NCBI RefSeq assembly: GCF_009914755.1
Contig: NC_060948.1
Length of the DNA stretch: 64,000 nucleotides
Direction: 5' to 3' (one strand)
Origin: the human T2T-CHM13v2.0 reference genome, Homo sapiens
The position numbers and the translations under genes were made by a program. The number at the start of each line of letters is the position of its first letter. The first letter of the stretch is position 1. Of this stretch, positions 35,206-54,553 are shown piece after piece. The notes beneath the pieces were generated by a model. The model saw only the letters and a list, made by a program, of their open reading frames with translations. It was not told where the DNA came from and did no database searches.

Positions 35206-37319
35206 AGATCCATATTTTTTAAATGAAAAAAAATTTCAAAGGTACTCTGCTTGGTACAATAATCAAATGTATAAACTGAGGAATAAAACATACCCATGAA
35301 ACCTACTTATAACTGCATATGGAAAATACAGAGGATAATTTTTTAAATAACATATTTTGAAAGCCTTAACTAGTAATTTGAAGAGTTGGCATTTGAAAGG
35401 CCAGTATGAATATACCTTCAAAGCAGCAACACAGGTTCCCCATGAGAAAAAGCAAACACAGGGAAAATAAAAACACAAAGGTTCAATCTCTTCTGACCTT
35501 TGAAAGACACAGCACAGACAGTTGTCCTTAAGACGAAGAGCAGGAGACCCCTAATTCCGTCACCATGGCGATAGGGCATAAACATTGCTGGGTGAGGGCA
35601 CAATCCACATTGTGAGGTCCAACTGCTGCCAGGAAGACAGGAGTGCTTTTACATAGACCGAAAGGTCTTTGAAGGCTCAGAGTTTTGTTTCAAGAACTGA
35701 ATCCCAAGCCCACACGTTATTACACTGCGCTTCTTAAAACAAGTTATGAGATGGGAAAAAGGGCACCCACAAACATACGTATACATTATGTATATAATAA
35801 TATACAGTATCATATATATAATATATATAACCTATGTATAATATTGTTTTACATCCTGCATCTTATGTTATATATATTGTATAAAATATAATAATTGATA
35901 ATATATAAGTTTTATAATTATACAATATGACATATAGTATATATTATAATTTATGACATATATAATATATGTTATATATCATATATAGAATATATTATAC
36001 GGTTAATATACTTATTAAATATAAATTATACATTATATATATTATATATAATATATCTGTTATATATAATACCCATTATGCATAATATATATATTATGTC
36101 TATGTTATATATAGTATAAAACAACATATAATAATATATAATTGAATATATATAAAATGCGACATATAATATATATTATATTTTATAACATATGTAATAT
36201 ATATTATATATTATATATAATACGTTGTATGTATAATACCTATATTAAATATATATTATATGACTATGTTATTAATTACATGTCACATGTGTTATATATT
36301 ATATATTTTACATAGAATATACCGGTTACATACAATATATACTATGTTACCTATAATGTATAATTTATTACATGTAAAATAAAGAATGCAATATATTATG
36401 TATAATTTATAATATACAATATGTGGAATGTGATATATATAACATATAATATATGATATATGATATACAGTATATGATATATAACATACAATATATGATT
36501 CCTAATATATATGGTATACAATATATATTTTATGATATGTATTCTATATGTTTTATATTCTGTTATATATAACTATTTGAAATTATATATAACTGTATAA
36601 TATTTTATGTAAATATGTAATATAATATATATAACTATATAATATATTATATATAACTATATATTATGTTATATATACTTTTATAACATAATTTACATAA
36701 AATATCATAATATAATATATATTATATTATTTCATATTACATAATATATATTACATATCACCCAATATAACTAACATACATAATATTATAATATAGATTA
36801 TATTGTGTTATACTAAATATCATATATATCATGTATCATATATTCTATAATATATATTACACATTATATAATATGTATGTTGTCTATTATGTGATATATA
36901 TAACTCTATATATAATTATATTTTTATACATATAACTAGATAAACATGTAATTCTACATATTTTCATTTATAATATGTAGAATTATATAATCATATATAA
37001 TTATTTATATTCTATAAAAAATTTTATCATTATATAAATTATAATATATAAAAATTATAATATGTACTACAAATATATATATTATATATCATATATGATA
37101 TAGTACCTTTGTTATATATCATAATACATATAAATGTGTATTATGTTATCTATAATTATATAATTTCATATATAAGATGTATAATATGTATCATATATTA
37201 TATATGTTATGTAATATATATAGTATATATAAGATGACACAGGATAAATATTATATACTATGACATATAAAATATATGAGGTTATATGTTACATATAAGG
37301 CATAGCACATAACATGTAA

Positions 37320-37628
<309 letters not shown>

Positions 37629-39758
37629 AGATCCATATTTTTTAAATGAAAAAAAATTTCAAAGGTACTCTGCTTGGTACAATAATCAAATGTATAAACT
37701 GAGGAATAAAACATACCCATGAAACCTACTTATAACTGCATATGGAAAATACAGAGGATAATTTTTTAAATAACATATTTTGAAAGCCTTAACTAGTAAT
37801 TTGAAGAGTTGGCATTTGAAAGGCCAGTATGAATATACCTTCAAAGCAGCAACACAGGTTCCCCATGAGAAAAAGCAAACACAGGGAAAATAAAAACACA
37901 AAGGTTCAATCTCTTCTGACCTTTGAAAGACACAGCACAGACAGTTGTCCTTAAGACGAAGAGCAGGAGACCCCTAATTCCGTCACCATGGCGATAGGGC
38001 ATAAACATTGCTGGGTGAGGGCACAATCCACATTGTGAGGTCCAACTGCTGCCAGGAAGACAGGAGTGCTTTTACATAGACCGAAAGGTCTTTGAAGGCT
38101 CAGAGTTTTGTTTCAAGAACTGAATCCCAAGCCCACACGTTATTACACTGCGCTTCTTAAAACAAGTTATGAGATGGGAAAAAGGGCACCCACAAACATA
38201 CGTATACATTATGTATATAATAATATACAGTATCATATATATAATATATATAACCTATGTATAATATTGTTTTACATCCTGCATCTTATGTTATATATAT
38301 TGTATAAAATATAATAATTGATAATATATAAGTTTTATAATTATACAATATGACATATAGTATATATTATAATTTATGACATATATAATATATGTTATAT
38401 ATCATATATAGAATATATTATACGGTTAATATACTTATTAAATATAAATTATACATTATATATATTATATATAATATATCTGTTATATATAATACCCATT
38501 ATGCATAATATATATATTATGTCTATGTTATATATAGTATAAAACAACATATAATAATATATAATTGAATATATATAAAATGCGACATATAATATATATT
38601 ATATTTTATAACATATGTAATATATATTATATATTATATATAATACGTTGTATGTATAATACCTATATTAAATATATATTATATGACTATGTTATTAATT
38701 ACATGTCACATGTGTTATATATTATATATTTTACATAGAATATACCGGTTACATACAATATATACTATGTTACCTATAATGTATAATTTATTACATGTAA
38801 AATAAAGAATGCAATATATTATGTATAATTTATAATATACAATATGTGGAATGTGATATATATAACATATAATATATGATATATGATATACAGTATATGA
38901 TATATAACATACAATATATGATTCCTAATATATATGGTATACAATATATATTTTATGATATGTATTCTATATGTTTTATATTCTGTTATATATAACTATT
39001 TGAAATTATATATAACTGTATAATATTTTATGTAAATATGTAATATAATATATATAACTATATAATATATTATATATAACTATATATTATGTTATATATA
39101 CTTTTATAACATAATTTACATAAAATATCATAATATAATATATATTATATTATTTCATATTACATAATATATATTACATATCACCCAATATAACTAACAT
39201 ACATAATATTATAATATAGATTATATTGTGTTATACTAAATATCATATATATCATGTATCATATATTCTATAATATATATTACACATTATATAATATGTA
39301 TGTTGTCTATTATGTGATATATATAACTCTATATATAATTATATTTTTATACATATAACTAGATAAACATGTAATTCTACATATTTTCATTTATAATATG
39401 TAGAATTATATAATCATATATAATTATTTATATTCTATAAAAAATTTTATCATTATATAAATTATAATATATAAAAATTATAATATGTACTACAAATATA
39501 TATATTATATATCATATATGATATAGTACCTTTGTTATATATCATAATACATATAAATGTGTATTATGTTATCTATAATTATATAATTTCATATATAAGA
39601 TGTATAATATGTATCATATATTATATATGTTATGTAATATATATAGTATATATAAGATGACACAGGATAAATATTATATACTATGACATATAAAATATAT
39701 GAGGTTATATGTTACATATAAGGCATAGCACATAACATGTAATATATACCATATATAA

Positions 39759-40050
39759 TTTTTTTTTAGACAGAATCTTGTCCTGTTGCACAGGGTGGGG
39801 TACAATGGAGCCATCTTTGCTCACTGCAACTTCTGCCTCACGGGTCCAAGCGATTGTCCTCCCTCAGCCTCCCAGGTAGCTGGGACTACACCACACTGGG
39901 ACTACACCAGCTGCCACCATGCCTAGCTAATTTTTTGGATTTTTAGTAGTGACAGCCTTTCACTGTATTGGCCAGGATGGTCTTGATCTCTTCACCTTGT
40001 GATCCCCTTGCCTTGGCCTCCAAATTTGCTGGGATTACAGGCCTGAGCCA
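39759..40050 (-). mobile_element. Diverged Alu, copy 17
   Basis: Near-identical to copy 1. Confidence 0.93.
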
Positions 40051-42149
40051 AGATCCATATTTTTTAAATGAAAAAAAATTTCAAAGGTACTCTGCTTGGT
40101 ACAATAATCAAATGTATAAACTGAGGAATAAAACATAACCATGAAACCTGCTTATAACTGCATATGGAAAATACAGAGGATAATTTTTTAAATAACATAT
40201 TTTGAAAGCCTTAACTAGTAATTTGAAGAGTTGGCATTTGAAAGGCCAGTATGAATATACCTTCAAAGCAGCAACACAGGTTCCCCATGAGAAAAAGCAA
40301 ACACAGGGAAAATAAAAACACAAAGGTTCAATCTCTTCTGACCTTTGAAAGACACAGCACAGACAGTGGTCCTTAGGACGAAGAGCAGGAGACCCCTAAT
40401 TCCGTCACCATGGCGATAGGGCATAAACATTGCTGGGTGAGGGCACAATCCACATTGTGAGGTCCAACTGCTGCCAGGAAGACAGGAGTGCTTTTACATA
40501 GACCGAAAGGTCATTGAAGGCTCAGAGTTTTGTTTCAAGAACTGAATCCCAAGCCCACACGTTATTAGGCTGCGCTTCTTAAAACAAGTTATGAGATGGG
40601 AAAAAGGGCACCCACAAACATACGTATACATTATGTATATAATAATATACAGTATCATATATATAATATATATAACCTATGTATAATATTGTTTTACATC
40701 CTGCATCTTATGTTATATATATTGTATAAAATATAATAATTGATAATATATAAGTTTTATAATTCTACAATATGACATATAGTATATATTATAATTTATG
40801 ACATATATAATATATGTTATATGTCATATATAGAATATATTATACGGTTAATATACGTATTAAATATAAATTATACATTATATATTATATATAATATATC
40901 TGTTATATATAATACCCATTATGCATAATATATATATTATGTCTATGTTATATATAGTATAAAACAACATATAATAATATATAATTGTATATATAAAATG
41001 CCACATATAATATATATTATATTTTATAACATATGTAATATATATTATATATTATATATAATATGTTGTATGTATAATACCTATATTAAATATATATTAT
41101 GTGACTATGTTATTAATTACATGTCACATGTGTTATATATTATATATTTTACATAGAATATACCGGTTACATACAATATATACTATGTTACCTATAATGT
41201 ATAATTTATTACATGTAAAATAAAGAATGCAATATATTATGTATAATTTATAATATACAATATGTGGAATGTGATATATATAACATATAATATATGATAT
41301 ATGATATACAGTATATGATATATAACATACAATATATGATTCCTAATACATATGGTATACAATATATATTTTATGATATGTATTCTATATGTTTTATATT
41401 CTGTTATATATAACTATTTGAAATTATATATAACTGTATAATATTTTATGTAAATATGTAATATAATATATATAACTATATAATATATTATATATAACTA
41501 TATATTATGTTATATATACTTTTATAACATAATTTACATAAAATATCATAATATAATATATATTATATTATTTCATATTACATAATATATATTACATATC
41601 ACCCAATATAACTAACATACATAATATTATAATATAGATTATATTGTGTTATATTAAATATCATATATATCATGTATCATATATTCTATAATATATATTA
41701 CACATTATATAATATGTATGTTGTCTATTATGTGATATATATAACTCTATATATAATTATATTTTTATACATATAACTAGATAAACATGTAATTCTACAT
41801 ATTTTCATTTATAATATGTAGAATTATATAATCATATATAATTATTTATATTCTATAAAAAATTTTATCATTATATAAATTATAATATATAAAAATTATA
41901 GTACTACAAATATATATATTATATATCATATATGATATAGTACCTTTGTTATATATCATAATACATATAAATGTGTATTATGTTATCTATAATTATATAA
42001 TTTCATATATAAGATGTATAATATGTATCATATATTATATATGTTATGTAATATATATAGTATATATAAGATGACACAGGATAAATATTATATACTATGA
42101 CATATAAAATATATGAGGTTATATGTTACATATAAGGCATAGCACATAA

Positions 42150-42464
<315 letters not shown>

Positions 42465-44589
42465 AGATCCATATTTTTTAAATGAAAAAAAATTTCAAAG
42501 GTACTCTGCTTGGTACAATAATCAAATGTATAAACTGAGGAATAAAACATAACCATGAAACCTACTTATAACTGCATATGGAAAATACAGAGGATAATTT
42601 TTTAAATAACATATTTTGAAAGCCTTAACTAGTAATTTGAAGAGTTGGCATTTGAAAGGCCAGTATGAATATACCTTCAAAGCAGCAACACAGGTTCCCC
42701 ATGAGAAAAAGCAAACACAGGGAAAATAAAAACACAAAGGTTCAATCTCTTCTGACCTTTGAAAGACACAGCACAGACAGTGGTCCTTAGGACGAAGAGC
42801 AGGAGACCCCTAATTCCGTCACCATGGCGATAGGGCATAAACATTGCTGGGTGAGGGCACAATCCACATTGTGAGGTCCAACTGCTGCCAGGAAGACAGG
42901 AGTGCTTTTACATAGACCGAAAGGTCATTGAAGGCTCAGAGTTTTGTTTCAAGAACTGAATCCCAAGCCCACACGTTATTAGGCTGCGCTTCTTAAAACA
43001 AGTTATGAGATGGGAAAAAGGGCACCCACAAACATACGTATACATTATGTATATAATAATATACAGTATCATATATATAATATATATAACCTATGTATAA
43101 TATTGTTTTACATCCTGCATCTTATGTTATATATATTGTATAAAATATAATAATTGATAATATATAAGTTTTATAATTATACAATATGACATATAGTATA
43201 TATTATAATTTATGACATATATAATATATGTTATATATCATATATAGAATATATTATACGGTTAATATACGTATTAAATATAAATTATACATTATATATA
43301 TTATATATAATATACTGTTATATATAATACCCATTATGCATAATATATATATTATGTCTATGTTATATATAGTATAAAACAACATATAATAATATATAAT
43401 TGTATATAAAATGCGACATATAATATATATTATATTTTATAACATATGTACTATATATTATATATTATATATAATACGTTGTATGTATAATACCTATATT
43501 AAATATATATTATATGACTATGTTATTAATTACATGTCACATGTGTTATATATTATATATTTTACATAGAATATACCGGTTACATACAATATATACTATG
43601 TTACCTATAATGTATAATTTATTACATGTAAAATAAAGAATGCAATATATTATGTATAATTTATAATATACAATATGTGGAATGTGATATATATAACATA
43701 TAATATATGATATATGATATACAGTATATGATATATAACATACAATATATGATTCCTAATATATATGGTATACAATATATATTTTATGATATGTATTCTA
43801 TATGTTTTATATTCTGTTATATATAACTATTTGAAATTATATATAACTGTATAATATTTTATGTAAATATGTAATATAAGATATATAACTATATAATATA
43901 TTATATATAACTATATATTATGTAATATATACTTTCATAACATAATTTACATAAAATATCATAATATAATATATATTATATTATTTCATATTACATAATA
44001 TATATTACATATCACCCAATATAACTAACATACATAATATTATAATATAGATTATATTGTGTTATATTAAATATCATATATATCATGTATCATATATTCT
44101 ATAATATATATTACACATTATATAATATGTATGTTGTCTATTATGTGATATATATAACTCTATATATAATTATATTTTTATACATATATCTAGATAAACA
44201 TGTAATTCTACATATTTTCATTTATAATATGTAGAATTATATAATCATATATAATTATTTATATTCTATAAAAAATTTTATCATTATATAAATTATAATA
44301 TATAAAAATTATAATATGTACTACAAATATATATATTATATATCATATATGATATAGTACCTTTGTTATATATCATAATACATATAAATGTGTATTATGT
44401 TATCTATAATTATATAATTTCATATATAAGATGTATAATATGTATCATATATTATATATGTTATGTAATATATATAGTATATATAAGATGACACAGGATA
44501 AATATTATATACTATGACATATAAAATATATGAGGTTATATGTTACATATAAGGCATAGCACATAACATGTAATATATACCATATATAA

Positions 44590-44881
44590 TTTTTTTTTAG
44601 ACAGAATCTTGTCCTGTTGCACAGGGTGGGGTACAATGGCGCCATCTTTGCTCACTGCAACTTCTGCCTCACGGGTCCAAGCGATTGTCCTCCCTCAGCC
44701 TCCCAGGTAGCTGGGACTACACCACACTGGGACTACACCAGCTGCCACCATGCCTAGCTAATTTTTTGGATTTTTAGTAGTGACAGCCTTTCACTGTATT
44801 GGCCAGGATGGTCTTGATCTCTTCACCTTGTGATCCCCTTGCCTTGGCCTCCAAATTTGCTGGGATTACAGGCCTGAGCCA
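44590..44881 (-). mobile_element. Diverged Alu, copy 19
   Basis: Near-identical to copy 1. Confidence 0.93.
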
Positions 44882-47009
44882 AGATCCATATTTTTTAAAT
44901 GAAAAAAAATTTCAAAGGTACTCTGCTTGGTACAATAATCAAATGTATAAACTGAGGAATAAAACATAACCATGAAACCTGCTTATAACTGCATATGGAA
45001 AATACAGAGGATAATTTTTTAAATAACATATTTTGAAAGCCTTAACTAGTAATTTGAAGAGTTGGCATTTGAAAGGCCAGTATGAATATACCTTCAAAGC
45101 AGCAACACAGGTTCCCCATGAGAAAAAGCAAACACAGGGAAAATAAAAACACAAAGGTTCAATCTCTTCTGACCTTTGAAAGACACAGCACAGACAGTGG
45201 TCCTTAGGACGAAGAGCAGGAGACCCCTAATTCCGTCACCATGGCGATAGGGCATAAACATTGCTGGGTGAGGGCACAATCCACATTGTGAGGTCCAACT
45301 GCTGCCAGGAAGACAGGAGTGCTTTTACATAGACCGAAAGGTCATTGAAGGCTCAGAGTTTTGTTTCAAGAACTGAATCCCAAGCCCACACGTTATTAGG
45401 CTGCGCTTCTTAAAACAAGTTATGAGATGGGAAAAAGGGCACCCACACACATACGTATACATTATGTATATAATAATATACAGTATCATATATATAATAT
45501 ATATAACCTATGTATAATATTGTTTTACATCCTGCATCTTATGTTATATATATTGTATAAAATATAATAATTGATAATATATAAGTTTTATAATTCTACA
45601 ATATGACATATAGTATATATTATAATTTATGACATATATAATATATGTTATATGTCATATATAGAATATATTATAGGGTTAATATACGTATTAAATATAA
45701 ATTATACATTATATATATTATATATAATATATCTGTTATATATAATACCCATTATGCATAATATATATATTATGTCTATGTTATATATAGTATAAAACAA
45801 CATATAATAATATATAATTGTATATATAAAATGCGACATATAATATATATTATATTTTATAACATATGTAATATATATTATATATTATATATAATATGTT
45901 GTATGTATAATACCTATATAAAATATATATTATATGACTATGTTATTAATTACATGTCATATGTGTTATATATTATATATTTTACATAGAATATACCGGT
46001 TACATACAATATATACTATGTTACCTATAATGTATAATTTATTACATGTAAAATAAAGAATGCAATATATTATGTATAATTTATAATATACAATATGTGG
46101 AATGTGATATATATAACATATAATATATGATATATGATATACAGTATATGATATATAACATACAATATATGATTCCTAATATATATGGTATACAATATAT
46201 ATTTTATGATATGTATTCTATATGTTTTATATTCTGTTATATATAACTATTTGAAATTATATATAACTGTATAATATTTTATGTAAATATGTAATATAAT
46301 ATATATAACTATATAATATATTATATATAACTATATATTATGTTATATATACTTTTATAACATAATTTACATAAAATATCATAATATAATATATATTATA
46401 TTATTTCATATTACATAATATATATTACATATCACCCAATATAACTAACATACATAATATTATAATATAGATTATATTGTGTTATACTAAATATCATATA
46501 TATCATGTATCATATATTCTATAATATATATTACACATTATATAATATGTATGTTGTCTATTATGTGATATATATAACTCTATATATAATTATATTTTTA
46601 TACATATAACTAGATAAACATGTAATTCTACATATTTTCATTTATAATATGTAGAATTATATAATCATATATAATTATTTATATTCTATAAAAAATTTTA
46701 TCATTATATAAATTATAATATATAAAAATTATAATATGTACTACAAATATATATATTATATATCATATATGATATAGTACCTTTGTTATATATCATAATA
46801 CATATAAATGTGTATTATGTTATCTATAATTATATAATTTCATATATAAGATGTATAATATGTATCATATATTATATATGTTATGTAATATATATAGTAT
46901 ATATAAGATGACACAGGATAAATATTATATACTATGACATATAAAATATATGAGGTTATATGTTACATATAAGGCATAGCACATAACATGTAATATATAC
47001 CATATATAA

Positions 47010-47301
47010 TTTTTTTTTAGACAGAATCTTGTCCTGTTGCACAGGGTGGGGTACAATGGAGCCATCTTTGCTCACTGCAACTTCTGCCTCACGGGTCCAA
47101 GCGATTGTCCTCCCTCAGCCTCCCAGGTAGCTGGGACTACACCACACTGGGACTACACCAGCTGCCACCATGCCTAGCTAATTTTTTGGATTTTTAGTAG
47201 TGACAGCCTTTCACTGTATTGGCCAGGATGGTCTTGATCTCTTCACCTTGTGATCCCCTTGCCTTGGCCTCCAAATTTGCTGGGATTACAGGCCTGAGCC
47301 A
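47010..47301 (-). mobile_element. Diverged Alu, copy 20
   Basis: Near-identical to copy 1. Confidence 0.93.
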
Positions 47302-49403
47302 AGATCCATATTTTTTAAATGAAAAAAAATTTCAAAGGTACTCTGCTTGGTACAATAATCAAATGTATAAACTGAGGAATAAAACATAACCATGAAACCT
47401 GCTTATAACTGCATATGGAAAATACAGAGGATAATTTTTTAAATAACATATTTTGAAAGCCTTAACTAGTAATTTGAAGAGTTGGCATTTGAAAGGCCAG
47501 TATGAATATACCTTCAAAGCAGCAACACAGGTTCCCCATGAGAAAAAGCAAACACAGGGAAAATAAAAACACAAAGGTTCAATCTCTTCTGACCTTTGAA
47601 AGACACAGCACAGACAGTGGTCCTTAGGACGAAGAGCAGGAGACCCCTAATTCCGTCACCATGGCGATAGGGCATAAACATTGCTGGGTGAGGGCACAAT
47701 CCACATTGTGAGGTCCAACTGCTGCCAGGAAGACAGGAGTGCTTTTACATAGACCGAAAGGTCATTGAAGGCTCAGAGTTTTGTTTCAAGAACTGAATCC
47801 CAAGCCCACACGTTATTAGGCTGCGCTTCTTAAAACAAGTTATGAGATGGGAAAAAGGGCACCCACAAACATACGTATACATTATGTATATAATAATATA
47901 CAGTATCATATATATAATATATATAACCTATGTATAATATTGTTTTACATCCTGCATCTTATGTTATATATATTGTATAAAATATAATAATTGATAATAT
48001 ATAAGTTTTATAATTCTACAATATGACATATAGTATATATTATAATTTATGACATATATAATATATGTTATATGTCATATATAGAATATATTATACGGTT
48101 AATATACGTATTAAATATAAATTATACATTATATATATTATATATAATATACTGTTATATATAATACCCATTATGCATAATATATATATTATGTCTATGT
48201 TATATATAGTATAAAACAACATATAATAATATATAATTGTATATAAAATGCGACATATAATATATATTATATTTTATAACATATGTACTATATATTATAT
48301 ATTATATATAATACGTTGTATGTATAATACCTATATTAAATATATATTATATGACTATGTTATTAATTACATGTCACATGTGTTATATATTATATATTTT
48401 ACCTAGAATATACCGGTTACATACAATATATACTATGTTACCTATAATGTATAATTTATTACATGTAAAATAAAGAATGCAATATATTATGTATAATTTA
48501 TAATATACAATATGTGGAATGTGATATATATAACATATAATATATGATATATGATATACAGTATATGATATATAACATACAATATATGATTCCTAATATA
48601 TATGGTATACAATATATATTTTATGATATGTATTCTATATGTTTTATATTCTGTTATATATAACTATTTGAAATTATATATAACTGTATAATATTTTATG
48701 TAAATATGTAATATAAGATATATAACTATATAATATATTATATATAACTATATATTATGTAATATATACTTTCATAACATAATTTACATAAAATATCATA
48801 ATATAATATATATTATATTATTTCATATTACATAATATATATTACATATCACCCAATATAACTAACATACATAATATTATAATATAGATTATATTGTGTT
48901 ATATTAAATATCATATATATCATGTATCATATATTCTATAATATATATTACACATTATATAATATGTATGTTGTCTATTATGTGATATATATAACTCTAT
49001 ATATAATTATATTTTTATACATATATCTAGATAAACATGTAATTCTACATATTTTCATTTATAATATGTAGAATTATATAATCATATATAATTATTTATA
49101 TTCTATAAAAAATTTTATCATTATATAAATTATAATATATAAAAATTATAATATGTACTACAAATATATATATTATATATCATATATGATATAGTACCTT
49201 TGTTATATATCATAATACATATAAATGTGTATTATGTTATCTATAATTATATAATTTCATATATAAGATGTATGATATGTATCATATATTATATATGTTA
49301 TGTAATATATATAGTATATATAAGCTGACACAGGATAAATATTATATACTATGACATATAAAATATATGAGTTTATATGTTACATATAAGGCATAGCACA
49401 TAA

Positions 49404-49718
<315 letters not shown>

Positions 49719-51823
49719 AGATCCATATTTTTTAAATGAAAAAAAATTTCAAAGGTACTCTGCTTGGTACAATAATCAAATGTATAAACTGAGGAATAAA
49801 ACATAACCATGAAACCTACTTATAACTGCATATGGAAAATACAGAGGATAATTTTTTAAATAACATATTTTGAAAGCCTTAACTAGTAATTTGAAGAGTT
49901 GGCATTTGAAAGGCCAGTATGAATATACCTTCAAAGCAGCAACACAGGTTCCCCATGAGAAAAAGCAAACACAGGGAAAATAAAAACACAAAGGTGCAAT
50001 CTCTTCTGACCTTTGAAAGACACAGCACAGACAGTGGTCCTTAGGACGAAGAGCAGGAGACCCCTAATTCCGTCACCATGGCGATAGGGCATAAACATTG
50101 CTGGGTGAGGGCACAATCCACATTGTGAGGTCCAACTGCTGCCAGGAAGACAGGAGTGCTTTTACATAGACCGAAAGGTCATTGAAGGCTCAGAGTTTTG
50201 TTTCAAGAACTGAATCCCAAGCCCACACGTTATTAGGCTGTGCTTCTTAAAACAAGTTATGAGATGGGAAAAAGGGCACCCACAAACATACGTATACATT
50301 ATGTATATAATAATATACAGTATCATATATATAATATATATAACCTATGTATAATATTGTTTTACATCCTGCATCTTATGTTATATATATTGTATAAAAT
50401 ATAATAATTGATAATATATAAGTTTTATAATTCTACAATATGACATATAGTATATATTATAATTTATGACATATATAATATATGTTATATGTCATATATA
50501 GAATATATTATACGGTTAATATACGTATTAAATATAAATTATACATTATATATATTATATATAATATATCTGTTATATATAATACCCATTATGCATAATA
50601 TATATATTATGTCTATGTTATATATAGTATAAAACAACATATAATAATATATAATTGTATATATAAAATGCGACATATAATATATATTATATTTTATAAC
50701 ATATGTAATATATATTATATATTATATATAATACGTTGTATGTATAATACCTATATTAAATATATATTATATGACTATGTTATTAATTACATGTCACATG
50801 GGTTATATATTATATATTTTACACAGAATATACCGGTTACATACAATATATACTATGTTACCTATAATGTATAATTTATTACATGTAAAATAAAGAATGC
50901 AATATATTATGTATAATTTATAATATACAATATGTGGAATGTGATATATATAACATATAATATATGATATATGATATACAGTATATGATATATAACATAC
51001 AATATATGATTCCTAATATATATGGTATACAATATATATTTTATGATATGTATTCTATATGTTTTATATTCTGTTATATATAACTATTTGAAATTATATA
51101 TAACTGTATAATATTTTATGTAAATATGTAATATAATATATATAACTATATAATATATTATATATAACTATATATTATGTTATATATACTTTTATAACAT
51201 AATTTACATAAAATATCATAATATAATATATATTATATTATTTCATATTACATAATATATATTACATATCACCCAATATAACTAACATACATAATATTAT
51301 AATATAGATTATATTGTGTTATATTAAATATCATATATATCATGTATCATATATTCTATAATATATATTACACATTATATAATATGTATGTTGTCTATTA
51401 TGTGATATATATAACTCTATATATAATTATATTTTTATACATATAACTAGATAAACATGTAATTCTACATATTTTCATTTATAATATGTAGAATTATATA
51501 ATCATATATAATTATTTATATTCTATAAAAAATTTTATCATTATATAAAATATAATATATAAAAATTATAATATGTACTACAAATATATATATTATATAT
51601 CATATATGATATAGTACCTTTGTTATATATCATAATACATATAAATGTGTATTATGTTATCTATAATTATATAATTTCATATATAAGATGTATAATATGT
51701 ATCATATATTATATATGTTATGTAATATATATAGTATATATAAGATGACACAGGATAAATATTATATACTATGACATATAAAATATATGAGGTTATATGT
51801 TACATATAAGGCATAGCACATAA

Positions 51824-52138
<315 letters not shown>

Positions 52139-54238
52139 AGATCCATATTTTTTAAATGAAAAAAAATTTCAAAGGTACTCTGCTTGGTACAATAATCAAA
52201 TGTATAAACTGAGGAATAAAACATAACCATGAAACCTACTTATAACTGCATATGGAAAATACAGAGGATAATTTTTTAAATAACATATTTTGAAAGCCTT
52301 AACTAGTAATTTGAAGAGTTGGCATTTGAAAGGCCAGTATGAATATACCTTCAAAGCAGCAACACAGGTTCCCCATGAGAAAAAGCAAACACAGGGAAAA
52401 TAAAAACACAAAGGTTCAATCTCTTCTGACCTTTGAAAGACACAGCACAGACAGTGGTCCTTAGGACGAAGAGCAGGAGACCCCTAATTCCGTCACCATG
52501 GCGATAGGGCATAAACATTGCTGGGTGAGGGCACAATCCACATTGTGAGGTCCAACTGCTGCCAGGAAGACAGGAGTGTTTTTACATAGACCGAAAGGTC
52601 ATTGAAGGCTCAGAGTTTTGTTTCAAGAACTGAATCCCAAGCCCACACGTTATTAGGCTGCGCTTCTTAAAACAAGTTATGAGATGGGAAAAAGGGCACC
52701 CACAAACATACGTATACATTATGTATATAATAATATACAGTATCATATATATAATATATATAACCTATGCATAATATTGTTTTACATCCTGCATCTTATG
52801 TTATATATATTGTATAAAATATAATAATTGATAATATATAAGTTTTATAATTATACAATATGACATATAGTATATATTATAATTTATGACATATATAATA
52901 TATGTTATATATCATATATAGAATATATTATACGGTTAATATACGTATTAAATATAAATTATACATTATATATATTATATATAATATACTGTTATATATA
53001 ATACCCATTATGCATAATATATATATTATGTCTATGTTATATATAGTATAAAACAACATATAATAATATATAATTGTATATAAAATGCGACATATAATAT
53101 ATATTATATTTTATAACATATGTACTATATATTATATATTATATATAATACGTTGTATGTATAATACCTATATTAAATATATATTATATGACTATGTTAT
53201 TAATTACATGTCACATGTGTTATATATTATATATTTTACAAAGAATATACTGGTTACATACAATATATACTATGTTACCTATAATGTATAATTTATTACA
53301 TGTAAAATAAAGAATGCAATATATTATGTATAATTTATAATATACAATATGTGGAATGTGATATATATAACATATAATATATGATATATGATATACAGTA
53401 TATGATATATAACATACAATATATGATTCCTAATGTATATGGTATACAATATATATTTTATGATATGTATTCTATATGTTTTATATTCTGTTATATATAA
53501 CTATTTGAAATTATATATAACTGTATAATATTTTATGTAAATATGTAATATAAGATATATAACTATATAATATATTATATATAACTATATATTATGTTAT
53601 ATATACTTTCATAACATAATTTACATAAAATATCATAATATAATATATATTATATTATTTCATATTACATAATATATATTACATATCACCCAATATAACT
53701 AACATACATAATATTATAATATAGATTATATTGTGTTATATTAAATATCATATATATCATGTATCATATATTCTATAATATATATTACAGATTATATAAT
53801 ATGTATGTTGTCTATTATGTGATATATATAACTCTATATATAATTATATTTTTATACATATAACTAGATAAACATGTAATTCTACATATTTTCATTTATA
53901 ATATGTAGAATTATATAATCATATATAATTATTTATATTCTATAAAAAATTTTATCATTATATAAATTATAATATATAAAAATTATAATATGTACTACAA
54001 ATATATATATTATATATCATATATGATATAGTACCTTTGTTATATATCATAATACATATAAATGTGTATTATGTTATCAATAATTATATAATTTCATATA
54101 TAAGATGTATAATATGTATCATATATTATATATGTTATGTAATATATATAGTATATATAAGATGACACAGGATAAATATTATATACTATGATATAAAATA
54201 TATGAGGTTATATGTTACATATAAGGCATAGCACATAA

Positions 54239-54553
<315 letters not shown>

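Noticed and set aside
50668-50874. 68-aa Y/I-rich ORF in units 21-23
   Set aside because: Low-complexity translation of the AT block, opened by chance loss of a TAG (CAG or AAG variants).
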